Part shown: positions 25,253 to 40,548 of the stretch, in pieces
Layout: each line of letters begins with the position of its first letter
Numbering within the stretch: the stretch's first letter is position 1
Assembly (NCBI RefSeq): GCF_964204645.1
Contig: NC_134031.1
Location: 10,106,001 to 10,170,000 of the forward strand
Reading direction: 5' to 3'
From: Tubulanus polymorphus
Lineage: Eukaryota; Animalia; Nemertea
Length of the DNA stretch: 64,000 bases
Translations under genes and position numbers: made by a program
The notes under the pieces: generated by a model
Databases searched by the model: none
What the model was told of the DNA's origin: nothing
What the model saw: the letters and a program-made list of their open reading frames with translations, nothing else

Positions 25253-28020
25253 CGGGGCTGCCAACCTTTCAAAATTCCATTTAGGGATGAATGGCAGATT
25301 AATTAGGAATATTGAAGGTTTCAATAGGAATATATCGAAACCGAAGAAATTGTGACTTTTCCAAGTAGGAATATCTTGCTTTCAATTAGGAATACCTTTC
25401 ACGTGTAATATATGAAAGCTGGATATGAAAATATGGAATTATCTAGCAGCAAAATAAAAAATAACCAAGTTCTGCAGAATGTATTTTTTCTTTATTATTC
25501 TATGAAAGATGGAATTATCTATTAGCAAAATAAACAAGAAAATTAATTTTAGAAAATTATTTGACGCCTGGGGAAAAAATGTAGAATTTCTGGGCTAAGC
25601 TAATGTGGAATTGCAAATTTGAAATCGAAGTTTTAAGAAATTTGGGGAATGATGAGAGTTGGCGATTGGGTAGATGATACAGGTCTTCGACTCTAGTAGT
25701 GGTTTAAATTTTTTTATTGAAAATTCTCAATAATTGATCGCGAACTTGCGACCGACTTCATTTACTTATGCCTCTAAGCTGGTCTGCAACTTCATTGCCT
25801 CAATGGATGAAGAAAGAGCTCTTCTGATGTCTGCTTCATCATGACTTCAAGCATATCGTGTGGCCTAGCCAGCCGGCCCGGGCCACGGGTTTGGCTGTCA
25901 CTCGATATCCTACTAGAGTCTTGAGTCTGGGTGGGTTGAAGTAGACATTGTCATTTAAAATAACTCGCTTATGTTGTTCTGTATGAATTACCCGTGTGTC
26001 ATGTATGTTGTATTAATTTATTTTAAAATTGGTATTTATTGAATTTGGGAATTTTATCCCGGAATTTCAATGTAATAAGGATCAATAAAGAATTGAATTG
26101 TCACCTAATACACATGCCATCAGAGGACACGGAGCCGTATATGACAACTATGCTATTATAAATTGCTAATCTCACGAAACTTGCATACTCCTAATATCAA
26201 ACATATTTTCTAAAACGTTTGAATATTGAAATTATATGTTTACACGTTTTTATATTGACCGCTTGTAGCCGCTGATGAAATTCACGCTTGCCCTACACAC
26301 ATCGTAGATAGCTTCGTCATTTCACCAGCATGCCCACGTCAGGGTCTGACTTTAATATCAGACTTCCGCATCGTGTATACATCCACCATTTAACCGAATA
26401 ATCCGATTTACTTATCATTTCTATTTATGCCTGCCGCTTCTGATATAATCATACATCCTTTACTATTACAATACGTCTTCTAATGATATTCAATGCAATA
26501 TAACATTTCGACGTTCAAATATAGGTCATTATATAATCACAGGAAGCCATTCTACATCTATGTCAATAATATTTTGCCAGATAGCTTGTTTGTGTACACA
26601 TAAACCTGTGACGTTTTGCACATCGATTTACGGCTGTCGTTTGTAAAATGACGCTGAATGGTTAGCATTGTTTAGGTTTCATAATGGTAACGTTTTATAA
26701 GGCGTCAAAAAATCAGCAAATTCTATAGAATGTATTTTTTCTTTATTATTTTATGAAAGATAAAAATCAACAGTGTTTATCAAAAATATACAATAGACTA
26801 AAAAATAAGAACATAAAACTGGCATAAATTGTCTAACGAATTACAAAACACTATACAGCTGTCATGTGACAGATTGCAATATAAACCCTTAAAATGGAAA
26901 TACTGTCCTGGCATACTGTACATAGATTGCCTAACTTAAATACAACTACTAGGTTTAATAAAAGAATATTTCTGAGACTATTCGTTCTTAAACCTCTGCT
27001 TCGTTTTACTAGATTCATTTTTCTTGGTTTTTTTCGGAGGAGGCTCACGATCGTCATCGGTGTCATCACCAACATCGGAGGGAAAAGGTTCTTTGTCTTT
27101 GACTTCAGATCTTGTTTCAGTGACAGTAAATAAATCCATTTCTGTTTCACGAAGAAACGACATGAAAATGGCAATTAGCGAATATATCAATTTCCAGCAT
27201 TAATTCCACGATACTGTCCCAGAGAGACTCCACGTAGAGAACTGAAAGATACAAACAGTTAAAAGTCTCTAAATCTACATGCAACTCGATGGTGCTGCCA
27301 TCTGCCAAATATGCGAACTAAAAGTTTACTTTGAGATGCACTGCTCAAAAGCATCTTAAATTATCTTTTTAAATCAAACTAATACAAGAGTGACAACATT
27401 AAGGTTCAAACTAACAAAGCAATTGCTTACCGAAACATTTCAACCACAAATAACGAGTCCACATGTTGAAATCTAACCCGGATCTTCGAATGCTCATCGC
27501 GCTGCGAAAACGAGCTAATTAACGCAGTAAACCGATTCTTCTCCGAAACGATGCGGAGCAATTTGACAATAACAATCACATTTTGCCACATGTTATAATA
27601 TTTTCACAAGAATGATTTAAAACAACGTATTTTAAAACGAATGAACTTTATTTTGATTCTTGTAACAAATTAAGAAGCTGCTCTCCTACTACGAAATAAT
27701 CGTGCGCCATGCGTAGATAAAATCAATAACACAGCTACTCTCATACACACGCGCGCAAGTAAGCGCTAGTAAGCGCTGTTTATCGCCTGACCCACGTACA
27801 CAGTATATATAGCGACGCACTCATCCACCGCGCACGTGCATATAAATTCCCCACCTGTTCAATTCTGTTCTACCAAGTCATCATATTGTGTTACAACGCG
27901 CTGGCGGGTGGAAAATCGGACATCGCCGAAAAAGGAATTTTGTATACCCGATCGTATCGTCGGAATTTCTTCACGAAAATCGGGAGGATTCCGAATAATT
28001 CGGGAGGGTTGGCAGCCCTG
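25253..28020 (-). mobile_element. hAT-like element with 6-bp TSD, internally decayed
   Basis: caagtg|CGGGGCTGCCAACC ... GGTTGGCAGCCCTG|caagtg. Minus-strand remnant PPPKKTKK..QRFKNE*SQKYSFIKPS / CTVCQDSISI resembles a hAT N-terminal zinc finger. Confidence 0.8.
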
Positions 28021-28050
28021 CAAGTGGGCAAAAAACGTACCACGATTTTA

Positions 28051-28554
<504 letters not shown>

Positions 28555-28749
28555 CTATTTTTTTGTTTCGTTCTATGCATCGGAAACTATGACAATTGCA
28601 AAATTAAACAACCCCTTCTCAAATTCCCTGTCTTTTTACGGATTTTACAGGTTTTTGGCAAATTCACAAGTTTTTCACAACCGTGAAATTTGTATCCTAA
28701 ATTCACAAGTTTTTCACGTTTTCACGGTAGTGTGGGAGCCATGCAATTC

Positions 28750-29700
28750 TTTCTTGAAATTCATTTTTTCCGGAATTCGCTTCAATTCATTAGCAATCTT
28801 GAACCATTGTTCTTCTTGATCTGGAGTTAATTTATCATCCCAACTTCTCCATCAATCCAAAGCTTCCGAATGAAAATTTTTCCTCCAATAATAACTGGAG
28901 TGAAGACTCCTAGTGGATCATATACAGATGAAAGCATCATCAAAACTGTTGATCCATTTTCTCTAGTTTCTGACTAGGACAGCTTAGCGTATCTTCCTTA
29001 GTAATCCAAACCGGTCCCATGACCTTTATGTTGCAGCAATTATCACGATCTTCAAGGGGGATTTCTTCTAGGAATGGTTTACTATTTGATGAAAAACAAC
29101 GCATCTTCATTTTCATCTCACCAAATAAGAGACTTTGTCTCAGCGAACAAATAATTTGCTTCCGAGACACTGGTAACACCAGTTACTAAGTTGGCTACGT
29201 ACATATTCTTTCTGATAAGCTGAGCGCTTGGTGTATCTACTTTGCTCAAATGATGGTCTATAACACAATTAATAAAAATGGGCTGGATATGATGCCAAAC
29301 AGAACTCTGCAAAATCGATAAATCTGCAAATTATCCTCGATGTCTAAGTTTCTGCAGTCTGTTAGCCATAGAAACCGTGTAACATCTCTATGTTGATACT
29401 TGCAGGAAAGGTTTATCTATATCAGCGATTACTGCGATTTCGTTCAATCGAAATCTTAACAGAAGGCCACATTAATCTTGTAGAATTACTGGTCCTCGTT
29501 GGAGACATTCACTCAGACTGTTACCAGAGAATGATTGTATCGTTAACTTGGGTAACTTCACAGACACAGAATTTCTTTTGCGAACATCGAATTCAACAGA
29601 CTGATGCTGCAAATGGGTCCGTTTTGATGATAAATCTTGTATAAATGCAGCTAATTCAGAAATGCCTCTTTCGTGATGGCGGTGTTATCGTCTTCCTGAG
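28750..29700 (-). pseudogene. BEL/Pao LTR-retrotransposon pol relic
   Basis: Broken frames: IRKNMYVANLVTGV (YVDN-type RT motif) and MLSSVYDPLGVFTPVIIGGKIFIRKLW (Pao signature). Confidence 0.8.
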
Positions 29701-30584
29701 ATAGAAGCCATACCATCTGCTTATCTCTTTCGGTGCTATCCTCGAATAATTCTATATATATACCATATAAACCAGCCACTGCATTTTCAAATTTTGCTCA
29801 GTATGATTCAATTTTGGTTTGTAGACCCCTTCACCAAGTAGTCTATATGGGTCAATGTTATTTTCATATCTTCATCCGTACAGGTAGGCAAAAAAATTTT
29901 TTGCCTCGCCCACTTCAGCTTGAATTAAGTTTACAAAACGTGTTCTACAACCCTTTTATAAGCTACAGACATCCTTGAGTTTCTTTACAAAATATCTGCT
30001 AACTATATTCAGTTGGTTTCGGCACCTTTATGTCTCAATTTCCGAACAAAAAGACATAACTATGGATTCTTAATGCCAATCACATGGTTTTTTCTTTATT
30101 CAACATAACTCTCAGCTCTTAGACTTTCAATAAATTTTTTTGCATAGATGGCAGCACCATCTGGTAACTCGCATTCGCGACTGTATGATCTACACCCAAC
30201 TTATCTAAGGCCAATTTTGGTTACAGATTTGATAGGCTTGAAATGATTGTGGCGGCGGGAAAAAATAAAAATGTTATTTTCTGCCGGGATTTGAAAATAA
30301 ATTGCCCATTGCAAAGTGTGGTCTACCTTGAAAGCTAGAGGTTGTTTGGAGTAAGGGCATCGCTTGAAAAATCTTTTTAATTCGTGACTTCAAAGTTCTA
30401 GAAGTTTATATTGTATTTTATCTTTCTTAAAGTATTATTTTGTAGTCAAATAAGACCAAAGATAAACATTTGTTTATGATCTAAGTCCAAAATTTCGTAG
30501 GGTACAGGTAGGCGTGGCAGGGAAACTATTTTATATTTTCAAAAAAATATGTTTCACAATATGAAAAAATATTCAAATAAAATT

Positions 30585-31350
30585 CATATGATGTCACATA
30601 TCAGAGGGTGGCTGAATATTGAGTCTTGGAAACGAAACCTCTTCCAATGTATGGCCGCGGAAGCTAAAACACCAGGGCGTAGTATTAGATCGTCTGAAAT
30701 CCAGGGATTTACCACTACAACACTCAGACCTTGACCTATACCTATAGTTTGCTGCTTAGTATTTTCAGGTCACAAGAAATTACAATTTATTACAAATTCT
30801 ATCAAACAGAAAACACAGCGCTCATCTTCTGCTACGACGATCATTCAGCCTGTTATCATACCAAACGTGCATGCGCCAAGCAGCGTTACAGCATCACCAT
30901 ATAATAGTCTGTATGAGCGTGTGTTTGTGTGTGCAACACTCTAATGTTTAGCACTCCCGCGCACATGGAAGCCATGTGCAGTGAACGTCCGCTTCACTTC
31001 AATCTCAATCAACACAATCACCGATATGTGAAATAATTTGCACATATACGGCATCTAGTCCAATAAAACATTCGCCATTAATGGCTTTCCCATAGATATT
31101 TTAGTAGCGCTGGAATTCCCCGTTTATCCCAAAAACAGCCACATTCGCTCGTAGAGTATTTACCCCCTATCGAGGTCATTACAATTCCATACGCAAGAGC
31201 TAAGAATTTTCCCTCCAAAAACAGTTTTTCGTCGAATTTAAACAAAGTTGACCATGTCATCGACGGAGGTTCGTCATGTCTTCAATCACATCGATTATAC
31301 ATCATTTCACCCGAGAAACAATGAAAAAAATGCTTGCATAAAAAAATGTA
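30585..31350. repeat. Interspersed repeat family B copy
   Basis: Co-linear, high identity with 7693-8505. Confidence 0.85.
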
Positions 31351-32723
31351 TTTTTTGTAGGGTGCTTTGGGATAATGATGCCCGATAATGATATTGTCTA
31401 TTAACTGCCTTCACTCATAACTGACACCACCACTTTTGCAAGTCACACTATTTACTGATCAAACCTGACAAATGTATACATTAGAACACACCTCGATTAC
31501 TGCAATTTTTTGTGTGTGATGTCATAAGATGATGTGGCAGTGAAAAAAAATTATGAATGTCTGATTTTATTTCCGTATGTATGCAAAAGAATAAGGGGTC
31601 GGCGGGAAAGAAAATAAAAATAATACTCTTCTTTTTATACCTAGAATCGGATAAATTTTGCGGCAGATCCGAAATTTAAAAAAATGGCCTAACCCAGTAT
31701 CCTCGCAGTGTGCTTTTGCCCAAGCATTTGGCAAAAATCCATTTTCCTACCTACCAACCCTAAAACTTGGTTCGGTGAACTGTACTATATACACTTCCTG
31801 GCCTTTTCACTGTATTATTGAGCTTTTTAGATAGAGAATCATATTAAAGCATGTACAAGAAATTTCGAACGAATGACTTTTGGTTTTGTTACCTCAAGAT
31901 AACTAAATAATTTCCGTTGAAGCAAGCACTGCGTCAGCGGTCAGGGGAAATTTTGCATCTGCTAGTTCTTTGTCTGCATTTCAAATAATTTTGACGGCCT
32001 GATAAGTTGAATGAAGGACCAATGGTCCAGTGCTCGCCACACTGTGTGTAGTAAAAATCTGTCACGCTGTAGGCCTAACGGCATGCAGAAATTCTTCTTT
32101 GAAAATTAAACAAGAAAAGAATCTACCCAAAAGGGTGAACTTTTAATGAAACTGACTTTTAACGAGAATGAAATCTTCGAATGATTGATTATGAGAATTT
32201 TAGACTCAACTAGTGTTCATAATTTTAATACATCCCTAGAATGACATAAAAGAACTAAAACTAAGAGAAAGTATGAGTGACCGGTAAAAATACGGTTCCC
32301 TGTACAAAATTGCTGAGAGCCTGGTTTCATCGGAGGTTTCTATAATCATACAGACAATAATACATACATGTTCAACCAATCAGGACTTCAAACTTAAAGG
32401 CCGTGCTGGTTACTGACGAAATGAAGTTTATCGACTGACATGGTTTTTAATAGTTTCATGATAGGAATGTTTTAAGTAGGCAGGCAAAACAATGTGACTC
32501 AAGCATCGTTGTTGTACGAAGCACCCATGCCGTGGCGCGCGTTATCTATTACTGATACATAAACGCGGTTAATGCTGTGCTGCAGTTAACAAATAAGGAT
32601 AACCAGGCTGTAAAACAGATCGCTATGCAAACGTCCATAAAATTTCTTTTAATGGCAATTAATGACGATAAAACAAGTATTCCAGTCGTGCTGATATCAG
32701 ACAATCACTAAAAATTCGATGAT

Positions 32724-32759
<36 letters not shown>
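32724..32759. repeat. (ATCA)9 microsatellite
   Basis: Seen directly in the sequence. Confidence 0.95.
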
Positions 32760-34768
32760 GTCATGTCCGTGTGGCGAACACGGAGGTAAATTTCCGCATT
32801 TTTAACCCAAATTTTCGTCAGATATTTTGATGCAACGTTACCTTATGCAAGGGATTTCAAAATTAGATGAATCATTTAACACATTTCACACAATAAATCG
32901 TTGTACGATACGCCTTGAGTTAGTAATCACGCTAGCAACGATGAATATCAAGCTATTCAATTGTGCCGCCATTTCATTTAACGCTTAACGCACACCTAAC
33001 TATGATGTCATGAGGAAGGTCAAACCAGGTCAACACAAATTATATATAACCGAGATTTTGAGGGGCTTTCTTTTTGAAAGCCATAACTACCGAACAAAGC
33101 GTCGGTTTTTGACCAGATAAAGATCTTCCGACGCTAATAACATTGAATTTTCACATGTGTAATTTTGGACAGTTAAAGACACTGGATAAAAATACGTGCT
33201 CAAATCAATCAAATTTTTACCCTTTAAAAAAATACGAAACCCAGGACTTTTAACCATAAAGAAAAACAAATTACATTATATATTTTTGGTTAACCCGTTT
33301 AATTCGCCCATTAGTGAAATAACAGGCTACTGAAATTGCGTTTGAGCGTGCTAGAATAGCCTTGAGCGTTGTGTATTAAGCATGGGAATGATTTTCTCGG
33401 TCAGCCAGAACGTTGCATAGGCTAACGCGAGCCATAAATCATAACGTGTCTCCAAGTGAACCAATGAATTTTTATGAGAATCCGTCAACTGACACAACAC
33501 CGCAAAGCACACTAATCATGTCGTAACCACACACAACTACATGACAATTCATCATGAATATTCATATTCTTTATCAAAAGCTAATTTATAGAATAATTTT
33601 TTCAAGCGTCTTTTTTCATTTCATTTTAGCCATTGTTATTGTTTGATCAATGTACATACACCTATAACCGGTATGTTGATTGATAACCCACCTACATAGC
33701 TGTGTTAATATAATCACTATGAAAACAATATGATAGTTTCCGGCGCTAAATGTAATCAATACGCTACACCATAGTACAGGTAATACAGATTCACAAACAT
33801 TCATCATCTAGCCTTATTTCTAAAAACTACTGAATGCTCATATTTTGTTTAGGATAAACTAGGTCAAAATACATTGGAAAGTGTTATTTGGACCAGAAAA
33901 TTACAACAGAATACGGATTAACAGTATCATATAAACTGATAATTTCATAAGAAAAAGTATTAAAAAGAATTTGGACTAAAAAAAGGTTACAAATAACAGG
34001 GATGAAAACAGAGGTGTTTGAAAACGCTGCAATATTAAAAGTAAAATTATTAGGCTTACTACTTATTGACTGCCGGCCAGACCAGCAGTCATGAGCACTG
34101 AAGGTACGAGGCTCCTAAAGGGGTTTGGGGCCAAGAACATTTTGAAATTTCCAGGGGATTTTGGCACATCTGAGGCCCATTTCCAGCTTTGACTTATGAC
34201 AAAAGAAGACTGCTGCCACACGGTTGATCATTTTTTGTTTATGTCTTGAGTTAATGAAGAGGATCGGAGGATGGCTCAAACAATATCCAAATCACAGGAA
34301 CACGTTCACACTTAAATATACTTGTCAATAAATAGCTGAGACTCACAAGAGGAGCGCCCTTATCTATAATCTTCCTGGGTATCACTCGAGACACAGCCCC
34401 TGAATTAAAACAATGACTGATTTTATTGAACACAGAGGCTATGCTTTGTTCATCCTCAATTACCAGGGTTTGATTGCTACCCGCTTATGCTTATGCGAAC
34501 CCTGGCCGCAAACCCTTCATTGGTCTATTACATCATTTCATGATTTCTTAGGCGGACAGGTTCCCGCTGAGCGTCGACCAGTCTGTATATCTAGCCAATC
34601 AGCAATGCGTTCATAACTACACGTTTCCTCTATAAATACCACACATCTGATTGGCTAGATCAGACTCACCCTAACTGTACAGAATCGAGAAGTGTCATGA
34701 ATGATCACACAAAAAAGAGTAAAGTAATTGAAGTCATCCATGGCACTTTTTGAAAGAGTCGAACTTAC

Positions 34769-34869
34769 ATTAGGAATACATTCTGTATATGTAAACATGG
34801 ATTTACATTTGTCATCGATACTGATGTGATAGAGAATACATAACACAATCAGGAAATGATTTTCATTAT
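34769..34869 (-). CDS. KIFAP3: KIFAP3 exon 9
   Basis: DNENHFLIVLCILYHISIDDKCKSMFTYTECIPN; ttcag|...|gtaagt. Confidence 0.95.
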
Positions 34870-34911
34870 CTGAAAAATAAAGAAAACATATCATAGTTAA
34901 CATTCATTCTA

Positions 34912-35225
34912 AATTAGGTGTCCAGGAATACCATGTCCACTTAGTGAAATGCTTGATAATCAAACAATGTCAATATTCAACACCCCTTGGTGAACAAATA
35001 GGGTTATCAATGAGCATGAAACTGACCACAATCACAAAACTCTTCATGAGCTAGAAATCTGCAGTTGATTTTTGTTGAGAAATATGCCAAGGAACCAATA
35101 CATATATAGCCTATAGAGATACCATGAAGTCCACAATTCAACGAGGCCTAGTGAATGAATACAGAAAACAATGACGCTGAAACCCACCATAATCGGGGAG
35201 CATATAATTAGCAACAATTTTGACA
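34912..35225 (-). mobile_element. Old, degenerate Helentron-type family 1 fragment
   Basis: aattaggtgtccaggaataccatgtccactt end plus two diverged tandem units. Confidence 0.65.
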
Positions 35226-35327
35226 ATTTTAGAGGGATGTACTTACAATACTGAAACCAGTGGAATCGGAAAATTCTTTTGGAATCTCATATGAGTGAAA
35301 ATCAGCCATTTTAAACACCAATGTAAT

Positions 35328-35860
35328 AACAAGCAGCCTATCGGCTGATACACCTCTGCCGTTTTGTGAAAAGATTACAAGGACCACCTACACAGCGCGC
35401 TCAAGTGTTCGAAGTGTCTAGAAAACGGCTCTCAAAACATTTAGCCTTGGCCCATAAAATTGACATACCAAATTTCGTCGAGATTGGATAATAATTGTAG
35501 GACGAGTAGCGATTTAAAGATCTTACAAGGCCCATGCGTACAGCACCCCCTAAAGGTTAAATTTTGAAAACGGTGTTATTACTTTTTAGCCCTTAGACGA
35601 GTATCTATAGGCCAAGTTTCATCAACATCAGATTATAATTCCAGGGCAGGAAGCAAATTAAAGATTTTACAAGTGTGACCCGTACAGTGCCCCTTAAAGG
35701 TCAAATTGGGAAAATGGCCCTACAACATTTTGACCCTTGGCCCATACTATCTATAAACCAAGTTTCCTCAAGATCGGATTATAATTGTAGGACAAGAAGC
35801 AATATAAAGATTTTACAAGCGCCACCCGTACAGCGCCCCTAGAGCTCAAATTGGGACTAG
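35328..35860 (-). mobile_element. Helentron-type family 3 fragment with its own ~140-bp tandem unit
   Basis: aacaagcagcctatcggctg hairpin end; 4 units containing gtacagcgcccc...aaagattttacaag. Confidence 0.6.
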
Positions 35861-36960
35861 AAACTAGGCGTCCAGGGACACCATGCCCACTTGGAAAGTG
35901 GTTTCCAATGCTCAACAATCTAACAATTTCAATATTCAACGCCCCCTGGTGACCATATACAAAAACCAATGACCTTGAAACTCACCACAATCACAGAACA
36001 TGTCAGCAGCTACGATTTTGTAATTGATTGTGATAACAAAATATGCCTCATTACCAATTTAACATGGAAATACTAAATAATCCTACTATTCAACGCGCCC
36101 TGGTGACCATATGCAAAACCCTATGACCTTGAAACTCAAATATCATAGAACTCATAGAACATGTTATAAACTACAGCTTTGCAATTGATCATGGTAACAA
36201 AATATGCCTAGGTACCAATCTAATAAGGAAATACTAAATTATTCTACTATTCAACGCCCCCTGGTGACCATATAGAATAACTAATGTCTTTAAAACTCAC
36301 CAAAATCATAGATGATGTCATGAGCTACCACTTTGCAATCGATTGTGGTAACAAAATATGCTTTGGTATCAATATAATGTGGAAAAACGTTTTCCCACCT
36401 ACAAATGAGTACTGACGATACCAAGATGGCCGCCAATTGTGTCATAATTGGCCAATCAAAAATAACTGGCTCAGGTAGAAAACAACCCTTGCCAAAGAAT
36501 ACCCATCACAAATTGCAATGAGAAATGGCAAACCAGTAGGAAGCTACAGGACTCAGAATTTGGGCCAAAATTGACATTTTTGGGCACTAAAAGGGTCATA
36601 GGACGGCCATCTTGAGTCCGATCGAACCAATTTTTCTTAAGGTGATGGGCCCTTGAGGGATTCAAATATATACGAAAGATCAAGGTAATTAATCAAAGCA
36701 TCTTCAAAATTTCCCTCAAAAAGTGCTGATTTTGACGAACAACAATGGCAGCCAGTCGGCCATCTTGAATCTGACAATGCCAGTTTTTGGGCTGAAGATG
36801 TGTCTAGGGTAGATACATGTATTAACCAAATATCAAGACATTACCTTGAAGCGTCTTCAAAACTTCCCAAAATAACTGGATTCCGTCTACAGACAGGTGG
36901 ACGCTACGACGAACGGACAAACGGACGAAAAGTGAACGCAATAGCCCGCTGGGACTAAAG
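35861..36960 (-). mobile_element. Helentron-type family 1 copy, 3 units
   Basis: Both ends recognisable (aactaggcgtccagggacacc ... gcaatagcccgctgggactaaag). Confidence 0.85.
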
Positions 36961-37859
36961 ACTATTAGGACAATAATAGGGCCGTTTTCCCAATTTGACC
37001 TTTAGCGTTCTTCAAAAATTGTGGACAGTGGTTAGAGTACATTCACAGGATCCATTATGGCCATTAATTTGCCATCTTGAACACAAATAACACGAATATC
37101 TTTTCAACTTTGAGCTACTTCTAACTATTATCTTCAACAAGTAGTGAAAAGGCTTTGATGCTGCAGCTATGAATATTATTCCCACAGATGTTCGCAACAC
37201 TATCTAAGTTACCAGGTTTGTGTCTCAATATCAATGTTACCACGTTAGCCCAGCAGCGATCACTGATCTTATCGTTAAGTGTTTTTGGAACGGCCAAAAA
37301 AGACTTAAGGGTCAGTCATTTGAATTGTTTTTTGATTTGAATTTGTTATTTTGGTGCCAAGTTGCACAATCAGTATTCGCGCAATTTTCATGTGACATTT
37401 ATTTTTGAAATCCGAAAATTTGGAACAATTGCATTGATTGTCAAAATCATCGAAAGATAGTGTGTGCTAAGTGTAAATATTTCTAAGCAAATGGTTATTG
37501 CGAAAACATCCTTCTCTAGGCAGCTCAATTTAGAAACAACCAACTGCAAATTTGAAGGAATTGTTGGAATGAAACAGCAGCAGAATTTTATTTCCTTGGT
37601 ATGAAGGGGGCCTGCAGGCATTGTCATGCCCTTCAATCAAGAGGCCCATGGGCCTGTTTTGGTACTGACGTAAGGCACAAAAATGTCCCAGCACAACTAT
37701 CTCATATTCAATAGATACAATGTTTGTTATAATAATAAGCTCTATGGGTATACATATGCATGTGAAACATCAACTGGAGGACCAAAGGTCCTGTGCACAG
37801 GAATGCCAGTTAAAGATGATAATGGGTGTCTGAATTCATATTTCTTTCAGCTGTCTTAA

Positions 37860-38447
37860 CCCTTTCGCTACGTGTGACGTTTTGGAAACGTCATATGGAG
37901 TGACACGTGCTGTGCGTATGACGTTGTAGAAACGTCATGCACCTATTGATTTATAACTCGAACGCGTACACAGCAAACAGTATGGAAACGCATGTAAGAC
38001 AAGATAGTTAGCTTTCTAAACAACAGATGGCGAAAATGCGTCAGTAGTTGGTGCTGTCAGCCTGTTGAGCACATGGTAATTTGCGCGGGATTGAGATGGC
38101 TGCTCGAAAGAAAGTTTTCAGTGCTAATCAAGTTTTAGGCAAGATTTACGCCGACGACGACAGTGAAGATGACGATTTAGATGACGGGGGTGATTTCGGA
38201 CTGGGCGGAGACGACTCTTGGGACGAACTGAAAAAAAAAAATTTCTAACCCATCCTGACCCCCCCCCAACACGCCCCCCCCTACAGAAAAGGCTGTTGGT
38301 ATGATTTTTTACTGATTTTCACTAAATAACATCATAATCTTCGATAAAAACGCGAAAAATCGGGGTTAAAAACAATTCGAAAAAAATCGAATTTTTCGGA
38401 AAATACCTTACGTACGGGGCGGTGCAAGCGTGTACGTAGCGAAAGGG
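37860..38447 (+). mobile_element. Internally deleted piggyBac element
   Basis: TTAA|CCCTTTCGCTACGT ... ACGTAGCGAAAGGG|TTAA, a perfect 14-bp TIR. Keeps an acidic N-terminal ORF start MAARKKVFSANQVLGKIYADDDSEDDD at 38096. Confidence 0.9.
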
Positions 38448-38666
38448 TTAACAGCAGCTCAGCAAGATTTCACTGATGACATTTTATTTTGGTGCAAAGC
38501 CATTGCAATAACGAACCTACCGCAAAAAATGAATTCAAAATGGTCAACAAGCACTATTTCCATTAAAAGCATTGTGGGTTGAAATCTAAGCCAACAGGTG
38601 AGAAAACATTGTTTGTAGGCCTATGTAGTATCATTTCACTAAAACCTATCTGTATTCAAGCATTTA

Positions 38667-38906
<240 letters not shown>

Positions 38907-40369
38907 CTAATTTTTTCAAAATACGGTAACAACAATATTGACTAAAAAAAGGACTTACTACTACTCATGACATTATGATTGAGGAAAGGCCTTGTTTTTT
39001 TCTTAGGATTCAATCAAAGAAAATTAGGACGTGTGAGCGTGTGCATGTGTGTGTATCAAGAAATTTCCTAGGGTAGCTTATTTCAAACTCATTTATCCGG
39101 ACACTCATGTTCTCGAAATTCAAGTCCTGTTGTAGTACAAGTTTAGATACTATTGTAGACTAGAATGAATCTTTCTATGTGGACGGGTTAGCAACAAGTT
39201 CAATCAAACACATTCAGTGAATTTTATATCTGTTCACAACTTTCAGTAAATTAGTTCAAAATTATTGATAGTAACGAATGAGACCATCATGAACCAAACA
39301 AGTCGACACCAGGCCACTTCCACGTGAGAGCAAAAACGTGTAAGCAAAACCTGTTCATCGGTCAGAGGCTACAGTCTACGATCCCTCGTAAATTACTGCA
39401 CTGTACGACAGCCCGCACGATCCGTAGTTACCCTGTTACGTAATCACCTCATCACAAACCTAAGCATCAAATTGTAGTGCAAGTATAATGTATAGGTCAA
39501 CAAGACGATACCCACACAGAGGCAGGATCGTAGCAAACAAGCCCCAGAGTAGGCCTATTACTAGCATAATGCATTATTGGCTTATTTGCACTATTGTCTT
39601 GAGTCATTGGTGTTGCCCAATCTGTCCTACATTTCAGCTTCACCAACTAACACCCTGAATCTGAAGAAGCTGTACTAATTGATGAGCTACGAGCAGTGAA
39701 ACCAATCGATAAATGGATTGATGATTGATGAGGCAGGGAGTTTAGACATCAACATTGTTCAGAAGAATTATCAATAAAAGTTCTGTTCACAAAAATGAGT
39801 AGTGATCGAGGTCATCTGAATGTAGAATGCCAGGGTCCGATCTAAGCACTTGTCCGATTGCCTGGGACAAGTATATTCTCATCAGGGCATGGAGGTTATC
39901 ATTATCACTTGTCCCCCAGGCTAATGCATTCTATTTCGTTTAGGTTATGGGTTTTGGAGATCCAATGAGATATGCCTCACGCATGCGCCATCAGTTGCCT
40001 CTTGACGCCATTGCAAGAGTCAATGCGTGAGAGATCACGCTCTTGAATTTAGAAAGGGCTTTAAAACAAAAACTTTTTACAATATACTTGTTCAAACAAA
40101 AAATGTAACGTTCTGACCAGAAAATTTTGTTAAAATCAAAACGACTCTATTCGATTGAACGATTGTTCGAACGAAAAACCTTTCGTTTTGGACAAAAAAT
40201 AGTTTGTTCAAACGAACACAACTAAGTTCTAATGATTTTTTCAAATTGGTTCAATTGAAAAGAATATTATTGGTTCGAACGAAAGGTCTTTTGAACGTGA
40301 AAGAGATCATTCATCAGGGCACCGCTGTAACTAAAAGCCGGACGTAGGTCGGCCTTGCGACGCGATGCG

Positions 40370-40548
40370 CTCCTCGCGTTGCATCACAAATGTGGGTACA
40401 AGTCGGTTGCAGACACTGGCAGTCGCACGGGAGCGTAGGTCGATGAGTCGTTGCGATGCAATCCTCACTGGCGGTCGCAGTGAATGGCGTCGCAGTCACA
40501 TGAAATACCTGTTTCATTAATGATGAAAAAACTCAAATGAAAAGTCTG
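40370..40548. repeat. GC-rich repeat, second direct copy at about 42420-42724
   Basis: Shared ggagcgtaggtcgatgagtcgttgc...tttcattaatgatgaaaaaactcaaatgaaaa. Confidence 0.8.

Noticed and set aside
30209-31689. Possible Zator-like element (GGCC ends, TWA flanks)
   Set aside because: TIR similarity is too weak to set boundaries with confidence.
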